From positions 24,593 to 88,592 of the forward strand of contig NZ_CAXTAZ010000011.1 in NCBI RefSeq assembly GCF_964242715.1: a stretch of DNA of 64,000 nt, in the 5' to 3' direction. The translations under genes were made by a program, and so were the position numbers. Shown piece by piece: positions 62,499 to 64,000 of the stretch; within the stretch, counting starts at the first letter, position 1; each line of letters starts with the position of its first letter. The notes under the pieces are model-generated. The model was not told the origin of the DNA and made no database searches. It was given only the letters and a program-made list of their open reading frames with translations. The DNA comes from an uncultured Enterovirga sp. (GTDB taxonomy: Bacteria > Pseudomonadota > Alphaproteobacteria > Rhizobiales > Beijerinckiaceae).

Positions 62499-63056
62499 CT
62501 AGAACTTGACCGCGGGCGGCGCGTCCAGCGTCTTCCGCTCGGTCTCTCCGAGGTCGAAGAACGGGCGCGGCTGGAAGCCGAGCGAGCGGGCGAAGAGCGA
62601 GGCCGGCAGGGCTTCGATCCCCGCATTATATTCGGCGGTCGCGTTGTTGAGGAAGCGCCGCGAGGCCGCGAGCTTGTTCTCGACGGAGGACAGCTCGGTC
62701 TGGAGCTGCTGGAAATTCGTGTTGGCCTTCAGGTCGGGATAGGCTTCGCTCAGGGCGAGGAGGCGGCCGATGGCGCCGCCGAGTGCCTGCTCGCTGGCGG
62801 CCTGCTGAGCCGGGCCCTGTGCGGTCATGGCCGCGTTTCGAGCCTGCACCACCGCCTCGAGCGTCCCGCGCTCGTGGCCGGCATAGCCCTTCACCGTCTC
62901 GACAAGGTTCGGGATGAGATCGTGACGCTGCTTCAGCTGGACGTCGACATCGCCAAAAGCCTGGGACACGCGCTGCCGCAGCGTGACGAGCCCGTTATAG
63001 GTGACGACCAGATAGAGGAGCAGCAGGACCACCGCCCCGAGCAGAACCCATTCCAT
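62499..63056 (-). CDS. lemA: LemA-family protein
   Basis: ATG 63056. N-terminal TM segment, then YNGLVTLRQRVSQAFGDVDVQLKQRHDLIPNLVETVKGYAGHE. Confidence 0.9.
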   Translation of the reverse strand: MEWVLLGAVVLLLLYLVVTYNGLVTLRQRVSQAFGDVDVQLKQRHDLIPNLVETVKGYAGHERGTLEAVVQARNAAMTAQGPAQQAASEQALGGAIGRLLALSEAYPDLKANTNFQQLQTELSSVENKLAASRRFLNNATAEYNAGIEALPASLFARSLGFQPRPFFDLGETERKTLDAPPAVKF

Positions 63057-63200
63057 TGCCGATACCCCTTCGCCCAACCCGACGAGCGGCCGCAGGCCGG
63101 CTGCCGTGACGCATTATGCGGAATATCGAGGTTCGGCCGCAATCAGGAACGAGGGATTGAGCCTTCGAGTAGGCAACATTGCGGAGCGCCGGCCGAGCCC

Positions 63201-63277
63201 TGGCGACCGCGGAGGGACTCGAACCCCCAACCTTCGCGTTCGAAGCGCGACGCTCTATCCGATTGAGCTACGCAGTC
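63201..63277 (-). tRNA. tRNA-Arg (anticodon UCG)
   Basis: The reverse complement GACTGCGTAGCTCAATCGGATAGAGCGTCGCGCTTCGAACGCGAAGGTTGGGGGTTCGAGTCCCTCCGCGGTCGCCA folds as a cloverleaf. Acceptor stem of 7 bp, anticodon loop CUUCGAA, T loop TTCGAGT, and an encoded CCA. Confidence 0.9.
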
Positions 63278-63348
63278 CTGCCGTTGGTGACGGCCTCTTT
63301 AGGTTTCGGCGAGCGCCCACGCAACCAATTTAGGGCCAATCCGGTCGG

Positions 63349-64000
63349 CTAGCGGGGCTGGACGTAGATGTTCACGAGGAGACCGACATCCGCCTGGTCG
63401 GACACGTCGTTCATGTATTCCTCGATGAACTGATCCTTGGCGACGATGTCCTTCACCTCGAGATAGGTCGTGATCGTCTCGTAGGTGGTGTCGATCTCGT
63501 CATAGGCGCCCTGGTGGACGAAGCGGAAGGCCTTGCCGGCGGGGCTGAGGCCAAACCGCATTCCGGCCGGCAGGTCGGGCGCGGGTGGCGGTGCGGAGGT
63601 GACCGGCACCATCGCCTCGAAACGGAAGGCGTCGTCCGACGTCTGCGTGAAGACGGCCAGCGGCCGCCCGATCGGCGCCAGGTTGCGGCGGGCGAGTTCG
63701 GCCTCGATGAGAGCGAAGGCCTCGCGCAGGGATTTCAGCCCGGTATTCCAGTCCCCTGTTCCCGGCAAAATCAGCACCGCCTTTTCGGGGAGGATCACCT
63801 CGTCGACATTGCCCGGATCCCCGGGCTGGGGGACGAGCGCCGGGCGAGCATCCCGCGCTCCAGCGCTCGTATTCGGGGCGGAAGTGGCGGGCGCCGCGCC
63901 CGAAGGCAGCGCGCCTGCAGGCGGCGGCTGGGTGATGGTCGCGGGCGGAGGCGAAGCCGGGCCGGCAGGCTGCGTCGAGCCCTGGGACGACACCAAGGTC
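63349..64000 (-). CDS. GyrI-like (effector-binding, SRPBCC-related) domain protein with a Pro/Ala-rich N-terminal region. The 5' end is probably outside the window.
   Basis: AFRFEAMVPV, FRFVHQGAYDEIDTTYETITTYLE, QFIEEYMND. The ORF is open to the window edge. Confidence 0.75.
   Translation of the reverse strand, partial: TLVSSQGSTQPAGPASPPPATITQPPPAGALPSGAAPATSAPNTSAGARDARPALVPQPGDPGNVDEVILPEKAVLILPGTGDWNTGLKSLREAFALIEAELARRNLAPIGRPLAVFTQTSDDAFRFEAMVPVTSAPPPAPDLPAGMRFGLSPAGKAFRFVHQGAYDEIDTTYETITTYLEVKDIVAKDQFIEEYMNDVSDQADVGLLVNIYVQPR

Noticed and set aside
59906-62626. 906-aa ORF apparently fusing the amidase with upstream sequence. Similar over-extensions are 52436..53956 (506 aa) and 38489..40048 (519 aa).
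   Set aside because: In each case only the C-terminal part is a real protein (amidase, Uma2 and LivG respectively). The N-terminal extensions overlap neighbouring well-supported genes in another frame, and internal starts with RBS or stop-start coupling are available.
63057-63348. tRNA-Arg as an integration hot spot (genomic island boundary)
   Set aside because: No integrase, no partial duplicate of the tRNA 3' end, and no obvious compositional shift on either side. The flanking genes (lemA and a GyrI-like gene) look like core genes.
1-64000. CRISPR arrays, tandem repeats, rRNA genes, IS elements or prophage genes
   Set aside because: The repeated hairpins are isolated singletons or pairs without regular spacer periodicity. 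No cas, transposase, integrase, capsid or terminase-like translation was seen in any frame.

Overview
Very GC-rich alphaproteobacterial chromosome segment. It looks Hyphomicrobiales/Rhizobiales-like, judged from gene content and from the ffs-dnaX-ybaB-recR and ubiG / lysC-ptsP-prfA neighbourhoods. I can support about 60 protein genes, one tRNA-Arg(UCG), one SRP (4.5S) RNA and several REP-like palindromic repeats. I saw no rRNA, CRISPR array, integrase or transposase. Most of the window is housekeeping or ordinary metabolism: replication and recombination genes, release factor 1, PtsP, aspartokinase, UbiG, ArfB, a 1601-aa NAD-glutamate dehydrogenase, a katA-oxyR-ahpD-like peroxide module, two ABC importers, amidases and a LemA-M48 pair. 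Many long ORFs in the supplied track are Arg/Pro/Gly-rich shadow frames of real genes and were discarded. The outlier is roughly 29.2-37.8 kb. It holds a 1425-aa protein with an N-terminal TIR domain whose catalytic-type Glu is present. This is followed by a STAND-type P-loop NTPase, a coiled coil, one strongly hydrophobic helix and about 650 aa of WD40-like beta-propeller repeats. 57 bp downstream on the same strand is a signal-peptide MORN-repeat protein with a large unassignable C-terminal domain. Converging on that gene is an exported Memo-like/CapA-like fusion protein that is the last gene of a Liv-type ABC operon. I consider the TIR-STAND-TM-propeller plus secreted MORN protein pair the best candidate for an undescribed NLR-like conflict or immunity module, possibly one that senses outside the cytoplasm. 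Smaller oddities are a degenerate HicB/HicA-like pair, a frameshift-split small secreted protein, a 33-aa hydrophobic mini-protein with its own RBS and terminator, a signal-peptide ORF with only a CTG start, a Tat-signal aldo/keto reductase coupled to an FGE-like protein, and a GS-like/Rieske oxygenase pair. All function calls come from reading motifs by eye. No database search was run.
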